DNA from: an uncultured Chloroflexia bacterium
GTDB lineage: Bacteria > Chloroflexota > Limnocylindria > Limnocylindrales > CSP1-4
Length of the DNA: 64,000 nucleotides
Assembly (NCBI GenBank): GCA_963850035.1
Contig: CAWKJP010000022.1
Coordinates: 12,164-76,163, forward strand
Direction of reading: 5' to 3'
Within the stretch, counting starts at the first letter, position 1. Each line of letters starts with the position of its first letter. This document shows, one piece after another, positions 29,100 through 37,496 of the stretch. The notes beneath the pieces were generated by a model. It was not told the DNA's origin and searched no databases. It was given only the letters and a program-made list of their open reading frames with translations. The position numbers were made by a program, and so were the translations under genes.

Positions 29100-32000
29100 C
29101 CCTGCAGACGCCAGTGGAGCGGCCCGTGGCCGCGCCGGGCGCCGCCCCCGCCTCACCGGACGCTCGGAGCCGCGACAAGGTCTTCGTGTGCATGGATGGC
29201 AACGAGGCCGCGGCCCGCATCGCGTACGCACTGAGCGAGGTGATCTCGATCTTCCCGATCACGCCGGCGTCGCCCATGGCGGAGCACGCCGACGACTGGT
29301 CGGCGGCCGGGAAGCCGAACCTCTGGGGCAAGGTCCCCGACGTCATCGAGATGCAGTCCGAGGGCGGCGCCGCGGGTGCCCTCCACGGTGCGCTGCAGAA
29401 GGGCGCCCTGGCGACGACCTTCACGGCCTCCCAGGGCCTGCTCCTGATGATCCCGAACATGTTCAAGATCGCGGGCGAGCTGACGCCGACCGTCATCCAC
29501 GTCGCGGCCCGCACGCTCGCCACGCACGCGCTCTCGATCTACGGCGACCACAGCGACGTCATGCACGCGCGCGCCACCGGCTGGGCGATGCTCGCTGCCG
29601 GCTCCGTCCAGGAAGCCCACGACTTCGCGCTCGTGTCGCACGCGGCCACGCTGCGCTCGCGGGTCCCGTTCCTCCACTTCTTCGACGGGTTCCGCACCTC
29701 GCACGAGATCAACAAGATCTCGGTCATGGACGACGCCGTCATCCGCTCGCTCATCCGCGACGACGACGTGCTCGCCTTCCGCGCCCGCGGGATGACCCCG
29801 GACGCGCCGTTCGTCCGCGGCACCGCCCAGAACCCGGACTCGTTCTTCCAGGCCCGCGAGGCCGGGAACCGGTTCTACGACGCCGTCCCCGGGATCGTGA
29901 CCGAGGTCATGGCCGAGCTCGCGGAGCAGACCGGCCGCCACTACGGCATCGTCGACTACCACGGCGCCCCGGACGCGGATCGCGTCATCGTGATCATCGG
30001 CTCTGCCGCCGGCGCGGTGCAGGAGACCGTGGACGCGCTCAACGCCACGGGCCAGAAGGTCGGCGTCGTCGTGGTGCGGCTCTTCCAGCCGTTCCCCTCG
30101 GACGCATTCATCTCGGCGCTCCCGGCCACGGTCAAGTCCATCGCGGTCCTGGATCGCACCAAGGAGCCGGGCGCCGTCGGCGAGCCGCTCTACCAGGCGG
30201 TCGTCGCCGCGCTCGCCGAGCGGATGGACTCCGAGGAGCCCCCGTTCGCGACGGTGCCGCGCGTGATCGGCGGCCGGTACGGCCTCTCGTCCAAGGAAGT
30301 GACCCCGGGCATGATCCGGCCCGTCTTCGACGAGCTGTCGGCGGCCCGGCCCAAGCGCCACTTCACCGTCGGCATCTACGACGACGTGACGCACCTGAGC
30401 CTGCCGATCGACGTCGACTACCGGACCCCGCGCCCCGCGGGCGAGGTGCAGGCGCTCTTCTTCGGACTCGGCTCGGACGGCACGGTCGGAGCGAACCACG
30501 CCTCCGTGAAGATCATCGGCGAGGGCACCGACCTCTTCGCCCAGGGCTACTTCGTCTACGACTCGAAGAAGTCGGGCGGCACTACGGTCTCGCACCTCCG
30601 CTTCGGGCCCGTGCCCACGCGATCGGCCTACCTGATCGACGCGGCCGACTTCATCGCCTGCCACCAGTTCGGGCTCCTCGACAAGATCAAGATCCTCGAC
30701 TTTGCGAAGCCCGGCGCGACGTTCCTCCTCAACTCGCCATATGGACCCGCCGAGATCTGGGATCACCTGTCGGCCGAAGTTCAGAAGCTCCTGGTCGACA
30801 AGAAGATCAACTTCTGGGTCATCGACGCCCTCGCCGTGGCGGCCGAGACCGGCATGGGCACGCGCATCAACACGATCATGCAGCCCTGCTTCTTCCATCT
30901 CTCGGGCGTGCTGCCGGCGGACGAGGCGGTCGCGCGGATCAAGGAGTTCGTCAACAAGACCTACATCAAGCGCGGCCAGGCAGTCGTCGACCGCAACTAC
31001 GCCGCCATCGACGCCTCGATCGCGCGCCTGGGCCGCGTGACGCTCGGCTCGGCCGGGACCGGCCACGCGCTTCCGCCCATCGTGCCCGCTGACGCACCGG
31101 ACTTCGTCAAGTCCGTGACGGCAGTCCTGATGGCGGGCGACGGCGACCGGCTCCCGGTCTCCGCCTTCCCGGTCGACGGGACCTTCCCGTCCGGCACGAC
31201 CAGGTTCGAGAAGCGGGCCATCGCGCTGGAGCTCCCGATCTGGGATCCATCGATCTGCATCGACTGCGGCAAGTGCGCCATGGTCTGCCCGCACGCCGCC
31301 ATCCGGATGAAGGTCTACCCCGCGGCCGCCGTCGCCGGCGCCCCGGAGGGCTTCCAGTCCAAGGAGTTCAAGTCCCGCGACCTGCTGGACCACCGCCTGA
31401 CCATCCAGGTGGCCCCGGACGATTGCACCGGCTGCGGCGTCTGCGTGGACGTCTGCCCCGCCAAGAGCAAGACCGAGGTCAAGCACAAGTCCATCAACCT
31501 CGAGCCGGCTCCGGCGCACCGGGACGTCGAGCGGCCGCACTGGGACTTCTTCCAGTCGATCGCGCCGCTCGATCGGAGCCTGATCGCCCACGACACGGTG
31601 AAGGGCGCCCAGGTCCTCGAGCCGCTCTTCGAGTTCTCGCTGGCCTGCAACGGCTGCGGCGAGACGCCGTACCTCAAGCTCGTCTCCCAGCTCTTCGGCG
31701 ACCGGATGATCGTGGCCAACGCCACGGGCTGCTCGTCGATCTACGGCGCCAACCTGCCCACGACCCCGTGGACGGTCAACGCCGCGGGCCGCGGGCCGGC
31801 CTGGAACAACTCGCTCTTCGAGGACAACGCCGAGTTCGGCCTGGGCATGCGCCTCGGCCTCGACGCGCAGAACGACCACGCCCGACGGCTCCTCGCGAAG
31901 CTCGCCCCGGCGGTCGGCTCGGACCTCGTCCGGGAGATCCTCGAGGCGGACCAGGAGACGGAGCCGGGGATCGACGCCCAGCGCGCGCGCATCGCGCGGC

Positions 32001-32818
32001 TCCGCGAGGTGCTCGGCACCGTGGACGGCGACGCCCGCACCGACGCCCGTCACCTGCTTGCGCTCGCCAACGATCTCGTCCGCAAGGGCGTCTGGATCAT
32101 CGGCGGCGACGGCTGGGCGTACGACATCGGCTACGGCGGCCTCGACCACGTGCTGGGCTCGGGCCGGAACGTCAACGTCCTGGTCCTCGACACCGAGGTC
32201 TACTCCAACACGGGCGGCCAGGCGTCGAAGGCCACGCCGCGCGGCGCGGTCGCGAAGTTCGCGGCGGCCGGCAAGTCCCGCGGGAAGAAGGATCTCGGCG
32301 CGGTGGCCCGCGCCTACGGCGACGTCTACGTCGCCCAGATCTCGATGGGCGCCAACGACGCGCAGGCCGCCAAGGCGCTGCTCGAGGCGGATGCCTGGCC
32401 CGGACCGTCCCTGGTCATCGCCTACAGCACCTGCATCGCGCACGGGATCGAGATGTCGAAGTCCATGTCCCACCAGAAGGACGCGGTCCGGAGCGGCTAC
32501 TGGCCGCTCTACCGGTTCCATCCCAGCGACACCGAATCCGGCCAGCCGTTCAAGCTCGACTCGACCAAGCCATCCATGCCGGTCAGCGACTTCGTCGCCG
32601 GCGAGACCCGGTTCGCGATCCTCGCCCGAACCCAGCCCGAGCGGGCGGCCGACCTCGCGCAGCTCGCGCAGGCCGACGTCGACGAGCGCTGGCGCTACTA
32701 CGAGCAGCTGGCCGCGATGCACCGCAGTGTGCCCCACGTCCGCGCTGACCCCGATGCCCGACCGGCCACCATCGAACATCCCGGCCTGGGCAACGTCGAA
32801 GCAGGAGACGAGGCATGA
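29096..32818 (+). CDS. nifJ: pyruvate:ferredoxin (flavodoxin) oxidoreductase, single-polypeptide NifJ/YdbK type
   Basis: 1240 aa. Ferredoxin-type motifs CIDCGKCAMVCP and CTGCGVCVDVCP. TPP region GGDGWAYDIGYGGLDHV. Confidence 0.95.
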   Translation: MTLQTPVERPVAAPGAAPASPDARSRDKVFVCMDGNEAAARIAYALSEVISIFPITPASPMAEHADDWSAAGKPNLWGKVPDVIEMQSEGGAAGALHGALQKGALATTFTASQGLLLMIPNMFKIAGELTPTVIHVAARTLATHALSIYGDHSDVMHARATGWAMLAAGSVQEAHDFALVSHAATLRSRVPFLHFFDGFRTSHEINKISVMDDAVIRSLIRDDDVLAFRARGMTPDAPFVRGTAQNPDSFFQAREAGNRFYDAVPGIVTEVMAELAEQTGRHYGIVDYHGAPDADRVIVIIGSAAGAVQETVDALNATGQKVGVVVVRLFQPFPSDAFISALPATVKSIAVLDRTKEPGAVGEPLYQAVVAALAERMDSEEPPFATVPRVIGGRYGLSSKEVTPGMIRPVFDELSAARPKRHFTVGIYDDVTHLSLPIDVDYRTPRPAGEVQALFFGLGSDGTVGANHASVKIIGEGTDLFAQGYFVYDSKKSGGTTVSHLRFGPVPTRSAYLIDAADFIACHQFGLLDKIKILDFAKPGATFLLNSPYGPAEIWDHLSAEVQKLLVDKKINFWVIDALAVAAETGMGTRINTIMQPCFFHLSGVLPADEAVARIKEFVNKTYIKRGQAVVDRNYAAIDASIARLGRVTLGSAGTGHALPPIVPADAPDFVKSVTAVLMAGDGDRLPVSAFPVDGTFPSGTTRFEKRAIALELPIWDPSICIDCGKCAMVCPHAAIRMKVYPAAAVAGAPEGFQSKEFKSRDLLDHRLTIQVAPDDCTGCGVCVDVCPAKSKTEVKHKSINLEPAPAHRDVERPHWDFFQSIAPLDRSLIAHDTVKGAQVLEPLFEFSLACNGCGETPYLKLVSQLFGDRMIVANATGCSSIYGANLPTTPWTVNAAGRGPAWNNSLFEDNAEFGLGMRLGLDAQNDHARRLLAKLAPAVGSDLVREILEADQETEPGIDAQRARIARLREVLGTVDGDARTDARHLLALANDLVRKGVWIIGGDGWAYDIGYGGLDHVLGSGRNVNVLVLDTEVYSNTGGQASKATPRGAVAKFAAAGKSRGKKDLGAVARAYGDVYVAQISMGANDAQAAKALLEADAWPGPSLVIAYSTCIAHGIEMSKSMSHQKDAVRSGYWPLYRFHPSDTESGQPFKLDSTKPSMPVSDFVAGETRFAILARTQPERAADLAQLAQADVDERWRYYEQLAAMHRSVPHVRADPDARPATIEHPGLGNVEAGDEA

Positions 32819-33840
32819 CCGTCGATCTGCGCACCCGGTACCTCGGCCTCGAGCTGCGGTCGCCGATCGTCGCCTCCGCCTCGCCGCTCACCGGCGAGCC
32901 CGGGTCCGCCCGCCTGCTCGAGCAGGCGGGAGCGGCGGCGATCGTGCTCCCGTCGCTCTTCGAGGAGGAGGTCCTCTTCGAGGACATGGAGATCAACCGG
33001 TCGCTCGAGGCCGGGATCGACAGCTTTCCTGAGGCGCTCGACTATTTCCCGAACATCCAGTCCTTCGCCGGCGCGGGAGACCGCTACCTTGCGAGGCTCC
33101 GTCAGATCAAGGCCAAGGCCGGCGTCCCGGTCATCGCAAGCCTCAACGCCACCACGGCCGGCGGCTGGGTCCGCTACGCGAAGCTCATGGAGGACGCCGG
33201 CGCCGACGCGCTCGAGCTCAACCTGTATCACGTGGCGGCGGATCCGGCCCGATCCGCAGCCGACGTCGAGGCCGCCGACCTCGCCCTGATCGCCGCGGTC
33301 CGGACGTCCGTCAGCATCCCGCTGGCCGTCAAGCTCAGCCCCTACTACTCGTCGATGGCGAACGTTGCACGCCACGTCATCGACGCCGGGGCAGATGGGC
33401 TTGTCCTGTTCAACCGCTTCTACCAGCCGGACCTCGACCTCGACACGCTCGAGGTCGTCGCCCGCCTGGACCTGAGTCAGCCCTGGGAGCTGCGCCTGCC
33501 GCTGCGCTGGATCGCGATCCTGCGACCCGAGCTCGGCCCGACGGCGTCGCTCGCGGCAACCTCGGGGGTCAGCTCCGCGACGGACGTCGTCAAGGCGCTC
33601 ATGGTGGGCGCGGACGTCGCGATGATGACCTCGGCGATCCTGCGCAACGGCCCGGACAAGATCCGCACGGTCGAGGCCGGGCTGCGGACGTGGATGGCCG
33701 AGAACGAGTACGAGTCGGTCGACCAGCTGCGCGGCAGCGCGAGCGCGACGGCCGTGGAGGACCCCTCCGCGTTCGAGCGGGCGAACTACATGCGCACGCT
33801 GCGCTCGTGGTCGGCCCCGCGCGACCTCACGACCGCCTGA
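32815..33840 (+). CDS. dihydroorotate dehydrogenase-like (PyrD-family TIM-barrel flavoprotein-like) protein
   Basis: LRSPIVASASPLTG..., ADALELNLY, IPLAVKLSPY, GADGLVLFNRF, ATSGV...MVGADV. The start overlaps the PFOR stop (ATGA). Confidence 0.75.
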   Translation: MTVDLRTRYLGLELRSPIVASASPLTGEPGSARLLEQAGAAAIVLPSLFEEEVLFEDMEINRSLEAGIDSFPEALDYFPNIQSFAGAGDRYLARLRQIKAKAGVPVIASLNATTAGGWVRYAKLMEDAGADALELNLYHVAADPARSAADVEAADLALIAAVRTSVSIPLAVKLSPYYSSMANVARHVIDAGADGLVLFNRFYQPDLDLDTLEVVARLDLSQPWELRLPLRWIAILRPELGPTASLAATSGVSSATDVVKALMVGADVAMMTSAILRNGPDKIRTVEAGLRTWMAENEYESVDQLRGSASATAVEDPSAFERANYMRTLRSWSAPRDLTTA

Positions 33841-33847
33841 TCCGTCG

Positions 33848-33878
33848 GAGCCGGACCACCGCGGCTGCGGTCCGGCTC
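33848..33878. terminator. candidate bidirectional terminator hairpin between convergent genes
   Basis: Perfect 10-bp stem GAGCCGGACC / GGTCCGGCTC with an 11-nt loop. Lies between the DHOD-like stop (33840) and the OFOR gamma stop (33899). No U-tract. Confidence 0.5.
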
Positions 33879-33898
33879 ACGCGGCCTGGAGACCGGGC

Positions 33899-34471
33899 TC
33901 AGCGAGCCGCGGGCACGGTCGCGCCCGGGCGCGCTGCCTGCCCGAACGCGAGGCCGCCCTCGAAGACGGCGATGTCCGCCTCGAGCGCCTCGGGGTGCTT
34001 GCGCCCCAGGATCTCCCGGAGCGCCGCGACGATCGCATCGGCGCTGACGAGGTCCGTCCGTCCGATGAGCGCCCCGAGGGCCGCCACGCTCACGAGCCGG
34101 TCGTCGCCTGCCTCGCGCGCAAGGCGCGTGCAGGGGACCCGCAGCTCGTCGACGTCGGTGCGGCCGGACTCGGCCTCGATGAGGGTCGCATTGACCACGA
34201 GCGTGCCGCCCGGCGCCACGAGCGGCGCGAACTTCGCGAGCGACGGCGGGTTCAGGACCACCGCCGCCCAGGCCGCGTCCACGACCGGCGAGCCGATCGG
34301 CTCGTCGCCCACGATCACGGTGCAGGCGGCCGTCCCGCCGCGCATCTCGGGCCCGTAGGTCGGGATCCAGAGGACCTCGCGGTCCTCGTCCATCGCGGCG
34401 CGCGCCAGGACCTGCCCGGCGAAGAGGAGCCCCTGGCCGCCGAAGCCGGCGAAGATCACCGAGCGCTCCAT
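33899..34471 (-). CDS. 2-oxoacid:ferredoxin oxidoreductase, gamma subunit
   Basis: MERSVIFAGFGGQGLLFAGQVLARAAM...IPTYGPEMRGGTA. Confidence 0.85.
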   Translation of the reverse strand: MERSVIFAGFGGQGLLFAGQVLARAAMDEDREVLWIPTYGPEMRGGTAACTVIVGDEPIGSPVVDAAWAAVVLNPPSLAKFAPLVAPGGTLVVNATLIEAESGRTDVDELRVPCTRLAREAGDDRLVSVAALGALIGRTDLVSADAIVAALREILGRKHPEALEADIAVFEGGLAFGQAARPGATVPAAR

Positions 34472-34474
34472 CGG

Positions 34475-35245
34475 TCAGGCCTCCTTCGTCCGGTCCACGA
34501 TGACGCCGGGGCGGTATTCCTTCGCCACCACGTCGCGCAGCCGCTCGATCGACTCGGTGGGCGTCATGCCCCAGCCGACCGGGCAGTTGCTGATCACCTC
34601 GACGATCGCGAACCCGCGACCCTCGAGCTGGACCTCGCAAGCGCGGCGCAGGTACTGCTTGGTCCGGCCGATCGCCGGCGCGTCGGCGACCGAGCCGCGC
34701 GCCGCATAGACCACGCCCGGCATGATCGCGAGCATCTCGGTCATCGGGATCGGGTAGCCGTGGAAGGCTGCCTCGCGCCCGCCGGGTGACGAGGTCGAGC
34801 GCTGGCCGAGGAGCGTGGTCGGGGCCATCTGACCGCCGGTCATCCCGTAGATGCCGTTGTTGACGAAGACGGCGGTCAACAGCTCGCCCCGGCCGGCCGC
34901 ATGGATGATCTCGGCCGTCCCGATCGCCGCCAGGTCGCCGTCGCCCTGGTACGTGAGCACGAACGCATCAGGGCGCACGCGCCGGATGCCCGTCGCGACG
35001 GCCGGGGCACGCCCGTGCGGCGCCTCCACGAAGTCGACGCCGATGTAGTCGTAGGCGAAGACCGCGCAGCCGACCGGGGCCACCGCGATCGTCCTCCCGC
35101 CCAGGCCGAGCTCGCCGAGCACTTCCGCGATGAGTCGGTGGACGACGCCGTGCCCGCAGCCGGGGCAGTAGTGCGTGCTGCGGTCGGCCAGCAGTGCCGG
35201 CCGCTCGAAGATGACGCGGGCGCCCGCCGGCATGTCGGTCGTCAT
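34475..35245 (-). CDS. 2-oxoacid:ferredoxin oxidoreductase, beta (TPP-binding) subunit
   Basis: HYCPGCGHGVVHRL..., YQGDGDLAAIG, FVNNGIYGMTGGQ. ATG 35245 inside ORF 34475..36220. Confidence 0.9.
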   Translation of the reverse strand: MTTDMPAGARVIFERPALLADRSTHYCPGCGHGVVHRLIAEVLGELGLGGRTIAVAPVGCAVFAYDYIGVDFVEAPHGRAPAVATGIRRVRPDAFVLTYQGDGDLAAIGTAEIIHAAGRGELLTAVFVNNGIYGMTGGQMAPTTLLGQRSTSSPGGREAAFHGYPIPMTEMLAIMPGVVYAARGSVADAPAIGRTKQYLRRACEVQLEGRGFAIVEVISNCPVGWGMTPTESIERLRDVVAKEYRPGVIVDRTKEA

Positions 35246-36369
35246 TCCCCGGCCTCCTTCGTCGGCGCGCTGTTCGGCGCAGCGGCTCCCCGGAGCCTGT
35301 GCAGCGCGGCGAGCACCTCGCCCGGCGTCGGGACCATGCCGCCCGCCCGGCCCTCGAACGCGACGGGGCGCCGTCCCTCGATGGCGAGGCGGACGTCCTC
35401 CACCATCTGGCCCGCCGACATCTCCACGACCAGGACGCCGCGGGCCTGTGCGGCGACCTCGGCCAGGGCCGCGGACGGGAACGGCCATAGCGTGATCGGG
35501 CGGAAGAGCCCCACCTTCAGGGCATCGTCGCGAGCCCGCGAGATCGCGGTCCGCGCGACGCGCGCGGCGGTCCCGTATGCCACGATCACGAGCTCCGCGC
35601 CATCGAGATTCTCGCCGGCCCAGCGGACCTCGCGGGCTGTGATCTCCGCGAACTTGGCCTGCAGGTGGCGGTTGTGGAGCTCGAGGTCCTCGGGCGCGAG
35701 GTGCATCGATCGCACGACGCGCGGCGGGCGCCCCTCGGCGCCGCCGACGGCCCAGTTCTGGGCGATCCGTGGCGGCTCGCGGAACGTGAGCTCCACCGGC
35801 TCCATGGCCTGGCCGAGCGTGCCGTCGGCGAGGATGAAGACCGGTGTCCGGTACCGCTCGGCGAGCTCGAAGGCGTCCGCCATGAGCGCCATCGCCTCGC
35901 CGATCGAGGAGGGCGCCAGGACCGGCACGCGGTAGTCGCCGTGGCCGTGGCCCTTCGTCGCCTGGAAGTAGTCGGCCTGGCTGGGTCCGATGCCGCCCAG
36001 GCCCGGTCCGCCGCGCATGACGTTGACGAGGACCATCGGGATCTCGGCGCCCGCCATGTAGCTCATCGCCTCGGCCATCAGGCTGATGCCCGGCGACGAC
36101 GACGAGACGAGGACCCTGGCGCCGGTCGCGGCCGCGCCCAGGGCCATGTTGATCGCGCCGAGCTCGGACTCGGCCTGGACGAACGGCCGGCCCTCCTCGG
36201 GCATCCGGCGGGCCATCCACTCGAGGAGCTCCGCCTGGGGCGTGATGGGATAGCCGAAGTAGGCGTCGCAGCCGGCGCGGATGGCGGCCTCGGCCATCGC
36301 CTCGTTGCCCTTCATGAGCACCCGGTGGCCCTGGTGCAGCGCGTGCGGCGGGATGGTGGCGGTCGTCAT
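35242..36369 (-). CDS. 2-oxoacid:ferredoxin oxidoreductase, alpha subunit
   Basis: LMKGNEAMAEAAIRAGCDAYFGYPITPQ..., QAESELGAINMALGAAATGARV. ATG 36369 inside ORF 35242..36783. Confidence 0.9.
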   Translation of the reverse strand: MTTATIPPHALHQGHRVLMKGNEAMAEAAIRAGCDAYFGYPITPQAELLEWMARRMPEEGRPFVQAESELGAINMALGAAATGARVLVSSSSPGISLMAEAMSYMAGAEIPMVLVNVMRGGPGLGGIGPSQADYFQATKGHGHGDYRVPVLAPSSIGEAMALMADAFELAERYRTPVFILADGTLGQAMEPVELTFREPPRIAQNWAVGGAEGRPPRVVRSMHLAPEDLELHNRHLQAKFAEITAREVRWAGENLDGAELVIVAYGTAARVARTAISRARDDALKVGLFRPITLWPFPSAALAEVAAQARGVLVVEMSAGQMVEDVRLAIEGRRPVAFEGRAGGMVPTPGEVLAALHRLRGAAAPNSAPTKEAGE

Positions 36370-36680
36370 CGGACCGTCGCCCGGGGCGCCCTGGGCGCCG
36401 CGTAGACCGTCATGACGCAGTCGGGGCAGACCCGTGCGCAGAGCGCGCAGCTGGTGCACGCCGCCGCGTCCACGAGCGCGATGGGGTGGTAGCCGAGTGC
36501 GTTCACGCGGGATTCGTCGAGGGCGAGCGACCCCCGTGTGCAGGCACCGATGCACAGGGCACAGCCCTTGCAGCGGTCGGTTGCGATGTGGAGTGGGCTC
36601 CAGGTCCCGGGCGCGGATCCGGCGGGCGCCGGCAACTCCGCGCCCGGTAAGGAGAGGGAGCCCTGTGCCACGGCGATCAT
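36366..36680 (-). CDS. 2-oxoacid:ferredoxin oxidoreductase, delta (2x[4Fe-4S] ferredoxin) subunit
   Basis: CKGCALCIGACTRG and CTSCALCARVCPDC. AGGAGG RBS upstream. Confidence 0.85.
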   Translation of the reverse strand: MIAVAQGSLSLPGAELPAPAGSAPGTWSPLHIATDRCKGCALCIGACTRGSLALDESRVNALGYHPIALVDAAACTSCALCARVCPDCVMTVYAAPRAPRATVR

Positions 36681-36816
36681 GCGATTGGAACCTCCTGCCT
36701 GGCTCTGTCGCCCCGAGCCTCTTCCCGTGGCCCCCGCCGGGATAGGGCCGAAGGGTTGCGATCAGGTATCGAAACGGCCCCATCCCGCCTCAGGCGGGGG
36801 AGGGCCGAACGTCCCG

Positions 36817-37308
36817 TCAGCCGGCCTCCTCGGCCGGTGGCCGGCGGCGCTCCCGGGCGATACCCGCGGAGAGCCGGAGCCACGCCTGGAGCTGCCGGTC
36901 GGTCATCCGGCCGGCCGGCCGGGACTCGATCGGCCGCGCGCGTCGGGCTCGCGCGTCGGCTGCCCGAAGCTCCTCGGCGAGCTTGTCCCGCGCGGAGCCG
37001 GGACCCAGCAGCACGACCCGATCGTCGGGCGGGATGCGCGCCGCGACCCCGTGCAGGAACACCGCGAGCATCTGCTCCCGACGCCGTTCCAGGCGGTCGT
37101 CGGGGATGCCGCCGCCGCCCGGGCGACGCGGATCGTGGCTGACATGACCGGCCGCGCGATGGCGCGACGGCACGTCCGAGGTGAGCCGCTCGGGGACGGG
37201 GTCGCCCGGTGGTCCGGCGGTCCCGGGCCACCGGAGGAGGATCGCCTCCTCGGCGTCGAGCCAGGCCAGGGTCACCGGGCGCGGTGCGTTCTCGGCGTGG
37301 AGAGGCAT
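36817..37308 (-). CDS. hypothetical small protein (163 aa)
   Basis: ATG 37308 with GGAGG 8 nt upstream, inside ORF 36817..37467. High third-position GC. No family recognised. Its motif order resembles the product of 2130..2648. Confidence 0.55.
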   Translation of the reverse strand: MPLHAENAPRPVTLAWLDAEEAILLRWPGTAGPPGDPVPERLTSDVPSRHRAAGHVSHDPRRPGGGGIPDDRLERRREQMLAVFLHGVAARIPPDDRVVLLGPGSARDKLAEELRAADARARRARPIESRPAGRMTDRQLQAWLRLSAGIARERRRPPAEEAG

Positions 37309-37496
37309 CGGGTCGCCTCCTCGAGAGCCGCGGGGCCGGTTGACGCGGGGTCCCGCGTGCGCCGTCAGGATGCTCCGGACGGGATATCTCCGGCAAGAGC
37401 CGGCCGTCACGAAGGGATCGCCGCCATCCCGCCGCCCGATGGCCGCGGTTCGAGGGACCTTCGGCACGTCCGGCCAGTCGCCTTCAGGGCGATCCT

